Origin: Escherichia phage KIT06
DNA: 64,000 nt
Sequence record: OQ349392.1
Reading direction: 5' to 3' (one strand)
Shown: piece by piece, positions 38,086-47,549 of the stretch
Position numbering within the stretch: the first letter of the stretch is position 1
Layout: each line of letters begins with the position of its first letter
The notes under the pieces: generated by a model
Databases searched by the model: none
What the model was told of the DNA's origin: nothing
The model's input: only the letters and a program-made list of their open reading frames with translations
Program-made: the position numbers and the translations under genes

Positions 38086-40782
38086 ATGAAAGAATTTTAT
38101 ATCTCTATCGAAACAGTCGGAAATAATATTGTTGAGCGTTATATTGATGAAAACGGAAAGGAACGTACTCGTGAAGTAGAATATCTTCCGACTATGTTTA
38201 GGCATTGTAAGGAAGAGTCAAAGTACAAAGACATTTACGGTAAAAATTGCGCTCCTCAAAAATTTCCATCAATGAAAGATGCACGAGACTGGATGAAGCG
38301 AATGGAAGACATCGGTCTCGAAGCTCTTGGTATGAACGATTTTAAACTCGCTTATATCAGTGATACATATGGTTCAGAAATTGTTTATGACCGAAAATTT
38401 GTTCGTGTAGCTAACTGTGACATTGAGGTTACTGGTGATAAATTTCCTGACCCAATGAAAGCAGAATATGAAATTGATGCTATCACTCATTATGATTCAA
38501 TTGACGACCGTTTTTACGTCTTTGATTTGTTGAATTCAATGTACGGTTCAGTATCAAAATGGGATGCAAAGTTAGCTGCTAAGCTTGACTGTGAAGGTGG
38601 TGATGAAGTTCCTCAAGAAATTCTTGACCGAGTAATTTATATGCCATTTGATAATGAGCGCGATATGCTCATGGAATATATTAATCTCTGGGAACAGAAA
38701 CGACCTGCTATTTTTACTGGTTGGAATATTGAGGGATTTGACGTTCCGTATATCATGAATCGTGTTAAAATGGTTCTCGGTGAACGTAGTATGAAACGTT
38801 TCTCTCCAATCGGTCGAGTAAAATCTAAACTAATTCAAAATATGTACGGTAGCAAAGAAATTTATTCTATTGATGGCGTATCTATTCTTGATTATTTAGA
38901 TTTGTACAAGAAGTTCGCATTTACTAATTTGCCATCGTTCTCTTTGGAATCAGTTGCTCAACACGAAACCAAAAAAGGTAAATTGCCGTACGATGGTCCT
39001 ATTAATAAACTTCGTGAGACTAATCATCAACGATACATTAGTTATAACATCATTGACGTAGAATCAGTTCAAGCAATTGATAAAATTCGTGGGTTTATCG
39101 ATCTAGTTTTAAGTATGTCTTATTACGCTAAAATGCCTTTTTCTGGTGTAATGAGTCCTATTAAAACTTGGGATGCTATTATTTTTAACTCATTGAAAGG
39201 TGAACATAAGGTTATTCCTCAACAAGGTTCGCACGTTAAACAGAGTTTTCCAGGTGCATTTGTATTTGAACCTAAACCGATTGCTCGTCGATACATTATG
39301 AGTTTTGACTTGACGTCTCTGTATCCTAGCATTATTCGTCAGGTTAACATTAGTCCTGAGACTATTCGTGGACAGTTTAAAGTTCATCCAATTCATGAAT
39401 ATATCGCAGGAACAGCTCCTAAGCCAAGTGATGAATATTCTTGTTCTCCGAATGGATGGATGTATGATAAGCATCAAGAAGGTATCATTCCAAAGGAAAT
39501 CGCTAAAGTATTTTTCCAACGTAAAGATTGGAAAAAGAAAATGTTCGCTGAAGAAATGAATGCCGAAGCTATTAAAAAGATTATTATGAAAGGTGCAGGG
39601 TCTTGTTCAACTAAACCAGAAGTTGAACGATATGTTAAGTTCAATGATGATTTCTTAAACGAATTATCGAATTACACTGAATCTGTTCTTAATAGTCTGA
39701 TCGAAGAATGTGAAAAAGCAGCTACACTTGCTAACACAAATCAGCTGAACCGTAAAATTCTTATTAACAGTCTTTATGGTGCTCTTGGTAATATTCATTT
39801 CCGTTACTATGATTTGCGAAATGCTACTGCTATCACAATTTTTGGTCAAGTTGGTATTCAGTGGATTGCTCGTAAAATTAATGAATACCTAAATAAAGTA
39901 TGTGGAACTGATGGTGAAGATTTCATCGCGGCGGGTGATACTGATTCGGTATATGTTTGTGTAGATAAAGTTATTGAAAAAGTAGGTCTTGACCGCTTTA
40001 AAGAACAAAATGATTTAGTTGAATTCATGAATCAGTTTGGTAAGAAAAAGATGGAACCTATGATTGATGTTGCATATCGTGAGTTATGTGATTATATGAA
40101 TAACCGCGAGCATCTGATGCATATGGACCGTGAAGCTATTTCTTGCCCTCCACTTGGTTCAAAGGGTGTTGGTGGATTTTGGAAAGCGAAAAAACGTTAT
40201 GCTCTGAACGTTTATGATATGGAAGATAAACGATTTGCTGAACCGCATCTAAAAATCATGGGTATGGAAACTCAACAAAGTTCAACACCAAAAGCAGTAC
40301 AAGAAGCTCTCGAAGAAAGTATTCGTCGTATTCTTCAGGAAGGTGAAGAGTCTGTCCAAGAATACTATAAGAACTTTGAGAAAGAATACCGTCAACTTGA
40401 CTATAAAGTTATTGCTGAAGTAAAAACCGCGAACGATATAGCGAAATATGATGATAAAGGTTGGCCAGGGTTTAAATGCCCGTTCCATATTCGTGGTGTA
40501 CTAACTTATCGTCGAGCTGTTAGTGGTTTAGGTGTAGCTCCAATTTTGGATGGAAATAAGGTAATGGTTCTTCCATTACGTGAGGGAAATCCATTTGGTG
40601 ACAAGTGCATTGCTTGGCCGTCGGGTACGGAACTTCCAAAAGAAATTCGTTCTGATGTACTGTCTTGGATTGACTACTCAACTTTGTTCCAAAAATCGTT
40701 TGTTAAACCGCTTGCGGGCATGTGTGAATCGGCAGGTATGGACTATGAGGAAAAAGCTTCGTTAGACTTCTTGTTTGGCTGA
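38086..40782 (+). CDS. 43: DNA polymerase gp43 (family B)
   Basis: 898 aa as in T4; exonuclease and polymerase motifs (DIE, YGDTDS, KxxxNSxYG) recognised. Confidence 0.97.
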   Translation: MKEFYISIETVGNNIVERYIDENGKERTREVEYLPTMFRHCKEESKYKDIYGKNCAPQKFPSMKDARDWMKRMEDIGLEALGMNDFKLAYISDTYGSEIVYDRKFVRVANCDIEVTGDKFPDPMKAEYEIDAITHYDSIDDRFYVFDLLNSMYGSVSKWDAKLAAKLDCEGGDEVPQEILDRVIYMPFDNERDMLMEYINLWEQKRPAIFTGWNIEGFDVPYIMNRVKMVLGERSMKRFSPIGRVKSKLIQNMYGSKEIYSIDGVSILDYLDLYKKFAFTNLPSFSLESVAQHETKKGKLPYDGPINKLRETNHQRYISYNIIDVESVQAIDKIRGFIDLVLSMSYYAKMPFSGVMSPIKTWDAIIFNSLKGEHKVIPQQGSHVKQSFPGAFVFEPKPIARRYIMSFDLTSLYPSIIRQVNISPETIRGQFKVHPIHEYIAGTAPKPSDEYSCSPNGWMYDKHQEGIIPKEIAKVFFQRKDWKKKMFAEEMNAEAIKKIIMKGAGSCSTKPEVERYVKFNDDFLNELSNYTESVLNSLIEECEKAATLANTNQLNRKILINSLYGALGNIHFRYYDLRNATAITIFGQVGIQWIARKINEYLNKVCGTDGEDFIAAGDTDSVYVCVDKVIEKVGLDRFKEQNDLVEFMNQFGKKKMEPMIDVAYRELCDYMNNREHLMHMDREAISCPPLGSKGVGGFWKAKKRYALNVYDMEDKRFAEPHLKIMGMETQQSSTPKAVQEALEESIRRILQEGEESVQEYYKNFEKEYRQLDYKVIAEVKTANDIAKYDDKGWPGFKCPFHIRGVLTYRRAVSGLGVAPILDGNKVMVLPLREGNPFGDKCIAWPSGTELPKEIRSDVLSWIDYSTLFQKSFVKPLAGMCESAGMDYEEKASLDFLFG

Positions 40783-40794
40783 TAGAATAAATCT

Positions 40795-40818
40795 AGGGAC
40801 CTCCGGGTCCCTTTTTCA
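40795..40818 (+). terminator. rho-independent terminator
   Basis: GGGACC TCCG GGTCCC followed by TTTTTC. Confidence 0.8.
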
Positions 40819-40899
40819 TACAAGTAATATAAATCTATACTTAGGAAAAATAGATGATTCTGGGCCCTTTGAATTCATTAAAAATTTTTTCACAAAATG

Positions 40900-40929
40900 G
40901 TTTACATCCCGGTTCCTTTATGGTACTAT
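40900..40929 (+). promoter_or_regulatory. T4 early promoter with conserved leader cassette
   Basis: GTTTAC 40900-40905, TGGTACTAT -10 at 40924-40929, leader ACAACTATCAACTGATG...GGAGAATGAAATG. Confidence 0.6.
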
Positions 40930-40963
40930 ACAACTATCAACTGATGCGGATTTGGAGAATGAA

Positions 40964-41344
40964 ATGAAAATCGCTATTTTGGTTATTGCATTGGGTCTTA
41001 CTGGTTGTGTAGCTCAAGGACCAGTAGTAAATCAGTCTGATGTAGGAAAAATTGTAAACTGTTCAAGCAAATTTTATAATCCTAATGTTAAGTGTTATAA
41101 AGAAGCTCCAAAACAGACAGTAGAACAAATGCAGGCGAATTTTGACGAAGCTATTCGTCCAGATGAATCTGCCCAAGCATATCGTAATTCAGATGTAATT
41201 ACACGCGAAGAAAAAATTGAAAGCTACTGCGCTGAACTTTGGGCAAATTGGGCTAATAATTACCAATGGCGTACTGGTAAAAATGCTCCGATGGAGTATG
41301 TAGTAAATTCTTATAATTCATGTGTAAAAAATTTAACTAAGTGA
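40964..41344 (+). CDS. lipoprotein (imm.1 position)
   Basis: 126 aa from ATG 40964; signal peptide with lipobox LTGC. Confidence 0.55.
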   Translation: MKIAILVIALGLTGCVAQGPVVNQSDVGKIVNCSSKFYNPNVKCYKEAPKQTVEQMQANFDEAIRPDESAQAYRNSDVITREEKIESYCAELWANWANNYQWRTGKNAPMEYVVNSYNSCVKNLTK

Positions 41345-41351
41345 GGAAAAC

Positions 41352-41603
41352 ATGGAAACTTTAGTAGCAGGTTCAATTTTTATGGTTTTAGTTTCAGGCG
41401 TGTTGGCTATTATTATATACATGCTTCCATGGTTCATCGCCTTGATGCGTGGGTCAAAATCTACAGTAGGAATCTTTTTCACATCTTTACTGTTTAACTG
41501 GTCAATTATTGGTTGGTTTATTACATTTATTTGGTCAATTGCCGGTGAAACTAAAAAATCTGCACAGCAAAACCAAGTAATTATCATCAGAGAGAAGGAA
41601 TGA
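41352..41603 (+). CDS. imm: superinfection immunity protein Imm
   Basis: 83 aa as in T4 Imm; two TM helices; located between 43 and 42. Confidence 0.85.
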   Translation: METLVAGSIFMVLVSGVLAIIIYMLPWFIALMRGSKSTVGIFFTSLLFNWSIIGWFITFIWSIAGETKKSAQQNQVIIIREKE

Positions 41604-41749
41604 AAAGCAAAATTATAGCAGTGCTGCTTTTAATCTTGATGATTATAATAAGTATATACTATAGTGTAACGGTTCCTCTTATGATTCCAACGCTTATTAT
41701 AGGGTGGAGTTTATTACTGTTACAAGTTAAATATGAATGTATCAATTGA
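41600..41749 (+). CDS. hypothetical small membrane peptide
   Basis: 49 aa hydrophobic (MKSKIIAVLLLILMIIISIYY...), ATGA overlap with imm stop. Confidence 0.35.
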   Translation: MKSKIIAVLLLILMIIISIYYSVTVPLMIPTLIIGWSLLLLQVKYECIN

Positions 41750-41756
41750 GGTTTAA

Positions 41757-42497
41757 ATGATTAATGACTCTATGACAGTTGAAGAAATTCGTCTTCATTT
41801 GGGAATTGCATTAAAGGAAAAAGATTTTGTAATTGACAAAACCGGGGTTAAAACTATTGAAATTATTGGTGCATCATTTGTAGCAGATGAACCTTTTATT
41901 TTTGGTGCTCTTAATGACGAATACATTCAGCGTGAACTTGAATGGTATAAATCTAAAAGCTTGTTTGTTAAAGATATTCCAGGTGAAACACCGAAGATTT
42001 GGCAACAAGTAGCATCTTCTAAAGGTGAAATTAACTCGAATTATGGTTGGGCTATCTGGTCAGAAGATAACTATGCTCAGTATGATATGTGTTTAGCTGA
42101 ACTTTGTCAAAATCCTGATTCTCGACGTGGTATCATGATTTATACTCGTCCATCCATGCAATTTGACTACAATAAAGATGGTATGTCAGATTTCATGTGT
42201 ACTAATACAGTACAGTACCTGATTCGTGATAAGAAAGTCAATGCAGTCGTTAACATGAGAAGCAATGATTGCTGGGCAGGCTATCGTAATGATTATGCAT
42301 GGCAAAAATACGTATTAGATAAATTAGTATCTGATTTGAATGCAGGCGACCCATCGCGGCAATATAAAGCAGGTTCTATTATATGGAACGTTGGAAGTCT
42401 TCATGTGTACGAAAATCAGTTTTATTTAGTTGACCATTGGTGGAACACTGGTGAAACTCATATTGCTAAAAAGGATTATACTGGAAAATGGAAGTAA
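41757..42497 (+). CDS. 42: dCMP hydroxymethylase gp42
   Basis: 246 aa as in T4; thymidylate-synthase-like fold; sequence recognised. Confidence 0.95.
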   Translation: MINDSMTVEEIRLHLGIALKEKDFVIDKTGVKTIEIIGASFVADEPFIFGALNDEYIQRELEWYKSKSLFVKDIPGETPKIWQQVASSKGEINSNYGWAIWSEDNYAQYDMCLAELCQNPDSRRGIMIYTRPSMQFDYNKDGMSDFMCTNTVQYLIRDKKVNAVVNMRSNDCWAGYRNDYAWQKYVLDKLVSDLNAGDPSRQYKAGSIIWNVGSLHVYENQFYLVDHWWNTGETHIAKKDYTGKWK

Positions 42498-43129
42498 ATG
42501 TGCCACATGTTTATAAGTATAAACATCCTAAAACTAAAAAGTGGTATATAGGAAGTCATGATGGTCACAACCCGAATTATGATGGTTCGGGTGTAGTTTG
42601 GCAACATGCTAAAAAGAAATATGGAATAAAATCCTTTAATAAAGAAATATTATATGAAGGACCAATGTTTAGACAAGTTGAAGAAATTATTTTAACTTGT
42701 TTAGATGCTGCTAATTGTCCGGATTCATATAATTTAAAGAATGAAGCATGGGGAGGAAGTTTTCCAGGCAAATTAAATGGAATGTACGGTAAAAAACTAT
42801 CTCCAGAAGAAAGATATAAGTGCGGAAATGCCTTTCGTGGAATCAAGCGTCCTGATCATTCTAAAAGAATGAAAGGCGAAGGTAATCCAATGTATGGTAA
42901 AAATGAGCAGGCATATGGAATTATAAATCGAGCAAAGGAAAATTCTGGTAAAACTTATGAAGAAATTTTTGGCGCAGAAAAAGCTAAAATAATTAAAGAA
43001 ACGATGTCTAAAAATCGTAAAGGAAAACCTCATAATTTGATAGAAAAAATATGTCCGCATTGCGGACTAAAAGGACGTGGGCCAAATATGACAAGATACC
43101 ATTTTGACAAATGTAAGGCACTTAAATGA
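42488..43129 (+). CDS. GIY-YIG homing endonuclease (Seg-like), free-standing
   Basis: 213 aa; GIY-YIG motifs VYKYKHP...KWYIGSH...GSG...YNLKNEAWGG; NUMOD3-like GEGNPMYGK; C-terminal zinc finger CPHCG...HFDKC. Confidence 0.8.
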   Translation: MEVNVPHVYKYKHPKTKKWYIGSHDGHNPNYDGSGVVWQHAKKKYGIKSFNKEILYEGPMFRQVEEIILTCLDAANCPDSYNLKNEAWGGSFPGKLNGMYGKKLSPEERYKCGNAFRGIKRPDHSKRMKGEGNPMYGKNEQAYGIINRAKENSGKTYEEIFGAEKAKIIKETMSKNRKGKPHNLIEKICPHCGLKGRGPNMTRYHFDKCKALK

Positions 43130-43968
43130 TTCAATTTGTAATTCCAAGTTATCAACGCGTAGGGGCAGTTTCTGCCCTTGATATGTTTCCGACTGATTAT
43201 GAACCTCATATTGTAGTACGTGAACACGAAGAAAAAGCTTATTTTGACGCTTACGGGTCTAGAGCTAAAATTATAACTATTCCTGATGATGTTAATGGAA
43301 TTGCTGGAACTCGTAAAGCAATTACTGATATGTATGCAGGTCAACGAATTTGGATGATCGATGATGATACTACTATTCGTATGAGTTCAATGCGAAAGAA
43401 AGATGATCGTCGCTGCGTAGATAAAATTAATCAGTTAACTCGTGAACAGTTCTATGAATTGATTCAATATGTTGAAGATGCCATGGATTGCGGATATTAT
43501 CATGGCCATGCTCGTTTACCAATTTTTAAAATTACTTCATCTTGGGGTAATTATCGTGAAAATTCATATGGATTCACGAATACATGGTATGACCTTGGAA
43601 AACTTACGACAGAACAAATTGGGTATGGAAAAATTGATTTATGCGAAGATATGTATGCATTTCTCAATTTAATTAATCAAGGTTATCCGCATTTGGCCTT
43701 GTTCAAATATCTGGTTGTGTCTGGAAAAGCACAAGCTCCAGGTGGATGTAGTTCAATTCGTAGTAATTCAAAACATAATAGAGCTCTTGAGCAAATCAAT
43801 AGAGAGTTTCCAGAGCAAGCTCGTTGGAAAACATCGAATATTGAAAAGAGAAAATCGTTGGGTGAAGAAGACGAGCCATTAAAGGTTCTTCGCATGTGTG
43901 TTTCGCGCAAAGAAAAATCAGAAGCGTTTCATAAGTTTAATGCTATTCATCCAATAGCAGTCGATTAA
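43126..43968 (+). CDS. GT-A-fold glycosyltransferase at the beta-gt locus (candidate beta-glucosyl-HMC-alpha-glucosyltransferase)
   Basis: 280 aa; GT2-like N-terminus FVIPSYQR and DXD motif WMIDDDT; not similar to T4 beta-gt (351 aa) by recall. Confidence 0.55.
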   Translation: MIQFVIPSYQRVGAVSALDMFPTDYEPHIVVREHEEKAYFDAYGSRAKIITIPDDVNGIAGTRKAITDMYAGQRIWMIDDDTTIRMSSMRKKDDRRCVDKINQLTREQFYELIQYVEDAMDCGYYHGHARLPIFKITSSWGNYRENSYGFTNTWYDLGKLTTEQIGYGKIDLCEDMYAFLNLINQGYPHLALFKYLVVSGKAQAPGGCSSIRSNSKHNRALEQINREFPEQARWKTSNIEKRKSLGEEDEPLKVLRMCVSRKEKSEAFHKFNAIHPIAVD

Positions 43969-44045
43969 TGCCTAAATTTATTGTGTTATAATTACTTTAT
44001 CTTTAACCAGTGAGGAAAATATAATGATGCCTATGGAAAAAATGA

Positions 44046-45227
44046 ATGTCTATTGCAGATTTAAAATCCCGTTTGATTAAAGCTTCCACTTCTAAAATGA
44101 CTGCTGAACTGACTACATCTAAATTCTTTAATGAAAAGGATGTAATCCGTACAAAAATCCCAATGCTTAATATCGCTATTTCTGGTGCGATTGATGGTGG
44201 TATGCAGTCTGGTTTAACCATTTTTGCAGGTCCTTCTAAACACTTTAAATCAAATATGTCTTTGACTATGGTTGCGGCGTATTTGAACAAATATCCTGAT
44301 GCGGTTTGTTTATTTTATGATAGCGAATTTGGTATTACTCCAGCTTATTTGCGATCCATGGGAGTTGACCCGGAACGAGTAATTCATACACCAATTCAGT
44401 CAGTTGAACAGCTGAAAATTGATATGGTGAATCAGCTTGAAGCTATTGAGCGCGGTGAAAAAGTTATTGTATTCATCGACTCAATCGGTAATATGGCTTC
44501 TAAGAAAGAAACGGAAGATGCCTTGAATGAAAAATCTGTGGCAGATATGACTCGTGCTAAATCACTGAAGTCATTATTCCGTATTGTTACTCCTTATTTT
44601 AGTATTAAAAACATTCCGTGTGTTGCGGTTAACCACACAATTGAAACAATTGAAATGTTTAGTAAAACCGTGATGACAGGTGGTACAGGCGTAATGTATT
44701 CGGCTGATACTGTATTCATTATCGGTAAGCGCCAGATTAAAGATGGTTCTGATCTTCAGGGGTATCAATTTGTTCTAAATGTAGAAAAATCTCGTACCGT
44801 TAAAGAAAAAAGTAAATTCTTTATTGATGTTAAATTTGACGGTGGTATCGATCCTTATTCTGGATTGTTAGATATGGCTCTTGAATTAGGATTTGTAGTA
44901 AAACCTAAAAATGGTTGGTATGCTCGTGAATTTCTTGACGAAGAAACCGGCGAGATGATTCGCGAAGAAAAATCTTGGCGTGCAAAAGATACCAATTGCA
45001 CTACATTCTGGGGTCCTTTATTTAAGCATCAACCATTCCGAGATGCTATTAAACGTGCTTATCAGTTAGGTGCTATTGATAGTAATGAAATTGTTGAAGC
45101 TGAAGTTGATGAATTGATTAACTCAAAGGTTGAAAAATTTAAATCTCCAGAAAGTAAAAGTAAATCAGCCGCTGATTTAGAAACTGACCTAGATCAGTTA
45201 AGTGATATGGAAGAATTTAATGAATAA
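44046..45227 (+). CDS. uvsX: RecA-like recombinase UvsX
   Basis: 393 aa; Walker A GPSKHFKS, near-identical to T4 UvsX along length with small N-terminal indel. Confidence 0.97.
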   Translation: MSIADLKSRLIKASTSKMTAELTTSKFFNEKDVIRTKIPMLNIAISGAIDGGMQSGLTIFAGPSKHFKSNMSLTMVAAYLNKYPDAVCLFYDSEFGITPAYLRSMGVDPERVIHTPIQSVEQLKIDMVNQLEAIERGEKVIVFIDSIGNMASKKETEDALNEKSVADMTRAKSLKSLFRIVTPYFSIKNIPCVAVNHTIETIEMFSKTVMTGGTGVMYSADTVFIIGKRQIKDGSDLQGYQFVLNVEKSRTVKEKSKFFIDVKFDGGIDPYSGLLDMALELGFVVKPKNGWYAREFLDEETGEMIREEKSWRAKDTNCTTFWGPLFKHQPFRDAIKRAYQLGAIDSNEIVEAEVDELINSKVEKFKSPESKSKSAADLETDLDQLSDMEEFNE

Positions 45228-45564
45228 AGATGATTTAGATTTAGATCTAGAAATTATCGATGAATCCCCCTCTTCGGAGGGGGAAGAAGAAAGAAAAGAA
45301 CGTCTTTTTAATGAATCTCTTAAGATAATTAAATCTGCCATGGAAAATGTTATCCAGGAGATTGTCATTAAACTAGAAGACGGTTCTACACACATTGTGT
45401 ATGTGACAAAATTAGATTGGGTTGATGGAAAAGTCGTAATGGACTTTGCTGTTCTTGACCAAGAAAGAGGAGCTGAGTTAGCTCCTCATGTAGAAAAATG
45501 TATTACAATGCAACTACAAGATGCATTTAATAAAAGGTCAAAGAAAAAATTTAAATTCTTTTAA
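45220..45564 (+). CDS. 40: head vertex assembly chaperone gp40
   Basis: 114 aa from ATG 45220 overlapping uvsX stop; position between uvsX and 41. Confidence 0.75.
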   Translation: MNKDDLDLDLEIIDESPSSEGEEERKERLFNESLKIIKSAMENVIQEIVIKLEDGSTHIVYVTKLDWVDGKVVMDFAVLDQERGAELAPHVEKCITMQLQDAFNKRSKKKFKFF

Positions 45565-45573
45565 GGAGTAAGT

Positions 45574-47001
45574 GTGGTAGAAATTATTCTTTCTCATCTC
45601 ATATTTGATCAAGCTTATTTTTCAAAAGTTTGGCCATATATGGATTCAGAATATTTTGAAAGTGGTCCGGCTAAAAATACGTTCAAATTAATTAAATCTC
45701 ATGTTAATGAGTATCATAGCGTTCCATCCATTAATGCGTTAAATGTTGCATTAGAAAATAGTTCATTTACTGAAACAGAATATTCTGGTGTAAAAACACT
45801 TATTTCAAAACTAGCCGATTCTCCGGAAGACCACAGCTGGTTAGTAAAAGAAACAGAAAAATATGTTCAGCAAAGGGCAATGTTTAATGCCACGTCTAAA
45901 ATAATTGAAATTCAAACTAATGCTGAGCTTCCTCCGGAAAAACGAAATAAGAAAATGCCAGATGTAGGTGCTATTCCTGACATCATGCGCCAAGCATTAT
46001 CAATTTCATTTGATAGTTACGTTGGTCATGATTGGATGGATGACTACGAAGCACGTTGGCTATCTTATATGAATAAAGCTCGTAAGGTTCCATTTAAACT
46101 CAAAATTCTAAATAAAATTACTAAAGGCGGAGCTGAGACTGGAACACTGAACGTTTTAATGGCTGGTGTTAACGTTGGTAAGTCATTAGGTCTGTGTTCA
46201 TTGGCAGCAGATTATTTACAGCTTGGACATAATGTTCTTTACATTTCCATGGAAATGGCAGAAGAAGTCTGTGCTAAGCGTATTGACGCTAATATGCTTG
46301 ATGTTTCTCTTGATGACATTGATGATGGGCATATTTCTTACGCTGAGTATAAAGGAAAAATGGAAAAATGGCGTGAGAAATCTACTCTCGGTCGTTTAAT
46401 CGTTAAACAGTATCCTACTGGTGGAGCAGACGCTAATACATTTCGATCGCTTTTAAACGAATTAAAGCTCAAGAAGAATTTTGTTCCAACAATCATTATT
46501 GTTGACTATCTAGGTATTTGTAAATCTTGCCGCATCAGAGTTTACTCAGAAAATAGTTACACAACTGTTAAAGCTATCGCAGAGGAATTGCGTGCTCTGG
46601 CTGTTGAAACCGAAACTGTTCTTTGGACTGCAGCACAGGTTGGTAAGCAAGCTTGGGATTCTTCTGATGTTAACATGAGCGATATTGCAGAATCTGCCGG
46701 TCTTCCAGCAACAGCCGATTTTATGCTTGCGGTCATTGAAACCGAGGAGTTAGCAGCTGCTGAACAACAACTCATTAAGCAAATCAAATCACGATATGGT
46801 GATAAGAATAAATGGAATAAGTTTTTGATGGGTGTTCAAAAAGGAAATCAGAAATGGGTAGAAATTGAACAAGATTCTACTCCAACTGAAGTGAACGAAG
46901 TAGCAGGTTCACAGCAGATTCAGGCTGAGCAGAATCGCTATCAAAGAAACGAATCTACTCGAGCCCAGTTAGATGCTTTGGCAAATGAATTAAAATTTTA
47001 G
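45574..47001 (+). CDS. 41: replicative DNA helicase gp41 (DnaB-like), GTG start
   Basis: 475 aa as in T4; Walker A GVNVGKS; GTG start with SD AAGGAG. Confidence 0.97.
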   Translation: MVEIILSHLIFDQAYFSKVWPYMDSEYFESGPAKNTFKLIKSHVNEYHSVPSINALNVALENSSFTETEYSGVKTLISKLADSPEDHSWLVKETEKYVQQRAMFNATSKIIEIQTNAELPPEKRNKKMPDVGAIPDIMRQALSISFDSYVGHDWMDDYEARWLSYMNKARKVPFKLKILNKITKGGAETGTLNVLMAGVNVGKSLGLCSLAADYLQLGHNVLYISMEMAEEVCAKRIDANMLDVSLDDIDDGHISYAEYKGKMEKWREKSTLGRLIVKQYPTGGADANTFRSLLNELKLKKNFVPTIIIVDYLGICKSCRIRVYSENSYTTVKAIAEELRALAVETETVLWTAAQVGKQAWDSSDVNMSDIAESAGLPATADFMLAVIETEELAAAEQQLIKQIKSRYGDKNKWNKFLMGVQKGNQKWVEIEQDSTPTEVNEVAGSQQIQAEQNRYQRNESTRAQLDALANELKF

Positions 47002-47030
47002 TTTACAAGCTGACAGGACTATGGTATAGT
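47001..47030 (+). promoter_or_regulatory. T4 early promoter
   Basis: GTTTAC 47001-47006, TGGTATAGT with -10 at 47025-47030. Confidence 0.65.
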
Positions 47031-47059
47031 AGTCTTGTTGGTTAAATGAGGAGATTGTT

Positions 47060-47242
47060 ATGGAATTGGTAAAGGTAGTTTTTATGGGGTGGTTTAAGAA
47101 TGAAAGCATGTTTACTAAAGAAATCACAATGATGAAAGACGACGTTCAATGGGCTACTACTCAATATGCTGAAGTTAATAAAGCATTAGTTAAAGCTTTC
47201 ATTGATGACAAGAAAGTATGCGAAGTGGATTGCCGAGGGTAA
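47060..47242 (+). CDS. dmd: Dmd-like antitoxin (61.5 position)
   Basis: 60 aa, same size and position as T4 Dmd; SD GAGGAG; identity from recall, not verified. Confidence 0.55.
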   Translation: MELVKVVFMGWFKNESMFTKEITMMKDDVQWATTQYAEVNKALVKAFIDDKKVCEVDCRG

Positions 47243-47243
47243 T

Positions 47244-47486
47244 ATGCATATCGTTTTATTTAAACCTACTCCGTATAATGTCAGGAAAAATACTCAATTC
47301 AAAGCACTTATTGCAGATACGTGGGAATTGGTGTTAGATATTCCAGCAGAAGAAAGTCCTCCATTTGGTCGAGTGGAATTTATTAAGTTTGCTGTGCGCC
47401 CTACGAAGCGGCAGATTCGCCAATGCAAAAGATACTTTCGTAAAATCGTCAAGTTAAAGAAACAGTTATTGATGCTAGTAAAATAG
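47244..47486 (+). CDS. hypothetical basic protein
   Basis: 80 aa from ATG 47244. Confidence 0.45.
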   Translation: MHIVLFKPTPYNVRKNTQFKALIADTWELVLDIPAEESPPFGRVEFIKFAVRPTKRQIRQCKRYFRKIVKLKKQLLMLVK

Positions 47487-47488
47487 TA

Positions 47489-47518
47489 GTTTACAAGCTG
47501 ATAGAGTTGTGTTATAGT
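47489..47518 (+). promoter_or_regulatory. T4 early promoter embedded in 10-bp inverted repeat
   Basis: GTTTAC 47489-47494, TGTTATAGT -10 at 47513-47518; inverted repeat AGCTGATAGA (47496-47505) / TCTATCAGCT (47522-47531). Confidence 0.6.
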
Positions 47519-47549
47519 AATTCTATCAGCTAATCGCGGAGAAAAGAAA

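Noticed and set aside
45266-45283. GC-rich UUCG-tetraloop hairpin (CCCCCTC TTCG GAGGGGG) resembling the terminators
   Set aside because: Lies inside the gene 40 reading frame (encodes ESPSSEGEEE) and is not followed by a U-tract; treated as coding sequence, though an RNA-processing role cannot be excluded
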